DNA from: Isurus oxyrinchus | Taxonomy: Eukaryota | Reading direction: 5' to 3' | NCBI GenBank assembly: GCA_026770705.1 | Contig: JANJGN010000026.1 | Coordinates: forward strand, 39,122,001 to 39,186,000 | DNA: 64,000 nt | Part shown: one piece after another, positions 62,566 to 64,000 of the stretch | Position numbering within the stretch: position 1 is the stretch's first letter | Layout of the letters: each line of letters opens with the position of its first letter | Notes under the pieces: generated by a model | What the model was told of the DNA's origin: nothing | The model's database searches: none | What the model saw: the letters and a program-made list of their open reading frames with translations, nothing else | Made by a program: the position numbers and the translations under genes

Positions 62566-62890
62566 ATGTGACCCCTATATTACTAATATTGGTCTTGCTG
62601 CCTGGTGAGTTTGTTTTTAATGATCAATGTCTCTTCCATGGATTATATTCACCGTCAGATATTTGGTAAATTCTGTAATGTGTTACAGGAACTGATGGTG
62701 AAGATGAATTGTCTCAGGGCGCCTCTGAATTAACAGCTCTGGAAGGGTGGACCATAATACTGAACTGCAATTAATCGGCAATTGCTGCTCGAACTCTCTT
62801 CTGGTGCATCAAGTATCCTGGGAAGCTCCGGGAGAGTTATTGAAAGCGTGGGAGATACGTCTCAGGATTTTTCAGACAGGTTCTCATAGA
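62566..62890 (+). pseudogene. TRAV/DV: 3'-truncated TCR V pseudogene (34.4/56.6-kb family)
   Basis: Decayed leader ...LVLLP|gtgagt; GTDGEDELSQ...IILNCN*...LFWCIKYPG...SDRFS*; no Cys104 or RSS. Confidence 0.8.
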
Positions 62891-63227
62891 ATCGTGGAAA
62901 GATAGCGGAGCTGAAAGAGATTACTTGATCCATCGTTGTCAGCGCCGGCCGAAAAACGAGTCACCCAGTCCAATCCCACTTTCCCCTTTAAACTCCTGCC
63001 ACTTTAAACTTATCTCTGAGTTACCAGTTGAAATCACCAAAATATAAAAATGTAATTGCACAAGTGAGACTTGCCTGTTCTCGTTGAATGTTGTTTTGTT
63101 ACTATTTGGGGGTGGGGAGTGGTGTGGGGAGCACCCCAGATATTCCCACTGTGGAGGCTGTTTGGGAGCTTTGTTTTGTGGGTGTGACAGCTCTCTCTGG
63201 CGAGCACCAACTGCAAACCCCAGTGTT

Positions 63228-63724
63228 GGTTTTTGTACGGAGTCCGCTTTTATCCACAGCAGTGTGGGTCTCATGGCACAGAAATACACGGCGGTGTCAG
63301 AGATCACGACCTTACTGATCGTTAGCTCGGTGATCTTGGCTGTTTTATCAAATGCAGGATTGAAGCGGGCAGACAAGTCCGGGTTGCGGTTTATTATCCC
63401 TCCAGTAATATAAAACATGTACTGTGGAGGCTCCCCGGGGTGCGGACTGTACTAGAGCACAGTAGGATTACCAACGTTTGTTTTTAAGGTGCAGTTTAGG
63501 GTGACATTGCTTTCCTCTTCAGCAACCTTTTCACTGTTCCACTTTGTCTTGGCGGCTCATTCAAACATAAAATAATAATAAGAGACATCGTTATTGTTAA
63601 CATCATCATCAATTCACAACCAGTGGCATCTGGGTGAGGGTGTTTCTGGGAATAATGAATTTTTCGTGGGCGTGAACACTTACTGAGAAGGGGTAATGAG
63701 GAGCAGTGTAAGACGGTTCTGCAT
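63228..63724 (-). pseudogene. TRAV/DV: TCR V pseudogene
   Basis: Leader MQNRLTLLLIT.. is out of phase; EESNVTLNC, Trp41->TAG, PQYMFYI...ISDTAVYFCAMRP; RSS CACACTG-23-ACAAAAACC. Confidence 0.9.
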
Positions 63725-64000
63725 GATGTTCGCTGTGTCTGTAACTGTGAAGTCAAGGGAAACCCTCTGTCGGAGCAGGAGTACAGAATCCCACCCCGAG
63801 CCCCCACTGAATTGCTCATCCAATCAATTCCAAGCAGAGAACAAAGGCAGCAAATTCTCCAATAATAAACGGCAAGGAAGGGGGTGATACTAACAACAGC
63901 AAACCGATGCTGTGGGCGGGGTTATAGCAGGTAGTGATATCACACAGTCGGATTCATCTGCAAAGAAGTGAACTCAGGAGTAATGTCTCCTTCGAAAAGA

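Noticed and set aside
5642-63724. NAR-TCR V, IgH-like V (TAILV) or RSS-flanked D/J segments and C exons
   Set aside because: No VNAR or VH framework motifs, no 12-RSS and no C1 exon were recognised; all RSS-bearing segments look like TRA/TRD V.

Overview
Vertebrate genomic DNA, almost certainly a cartilaginous fish (shark). The evidence is the repeat content (Deu-domain SINEs, CR1 and L2/Crack-like LINEs, Penelope-like tails) and the shark-type V sequences. The window is part of the V-segment array of a T-cell receptor alpha/delta (TRA/TRD) locus. It holds about 26 V segments or relics (about 14 on +, about 12 on -), most followed by a 23-bp-spacer RSS. No D segment, RSS-flanked J segment or C exon was found. 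Only two V genes look fully canonical (15708-16166 minus and 59410-60445 minus). A third, 35395-35919, has intact leader, splice sites, ORF and RSS but lacks both Cys23 and Trp41, and its paralog at 58 kb shares this trait. Two more have open V exons but one defect each: a dead heptamer at 26.1 kb, an unresolved leader at 43.4 kb. The rest are pseudogenes. The array appears to have grown by direct and inverted duplications. The most unusual observations are: (1) the Cys23/Trp41-less V family; (2) paralogous relics of an apparent germline-joined V-J exon (FGxG motif plus splice donor, no RSS) at 47.5 and 27.2 kb; (3) two V segments with the leader fused to V and no intron; (4) CTCF-like motifs about 25 bp downstream of the RSS in four related V segments; (5) two intron-containing tRNA-Pro pseudogenes; (6) fold-back Penelope-like insertions with target-site duplications and minimal hammerhead-like motifs. 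All calls were made by eye; no database search was run.
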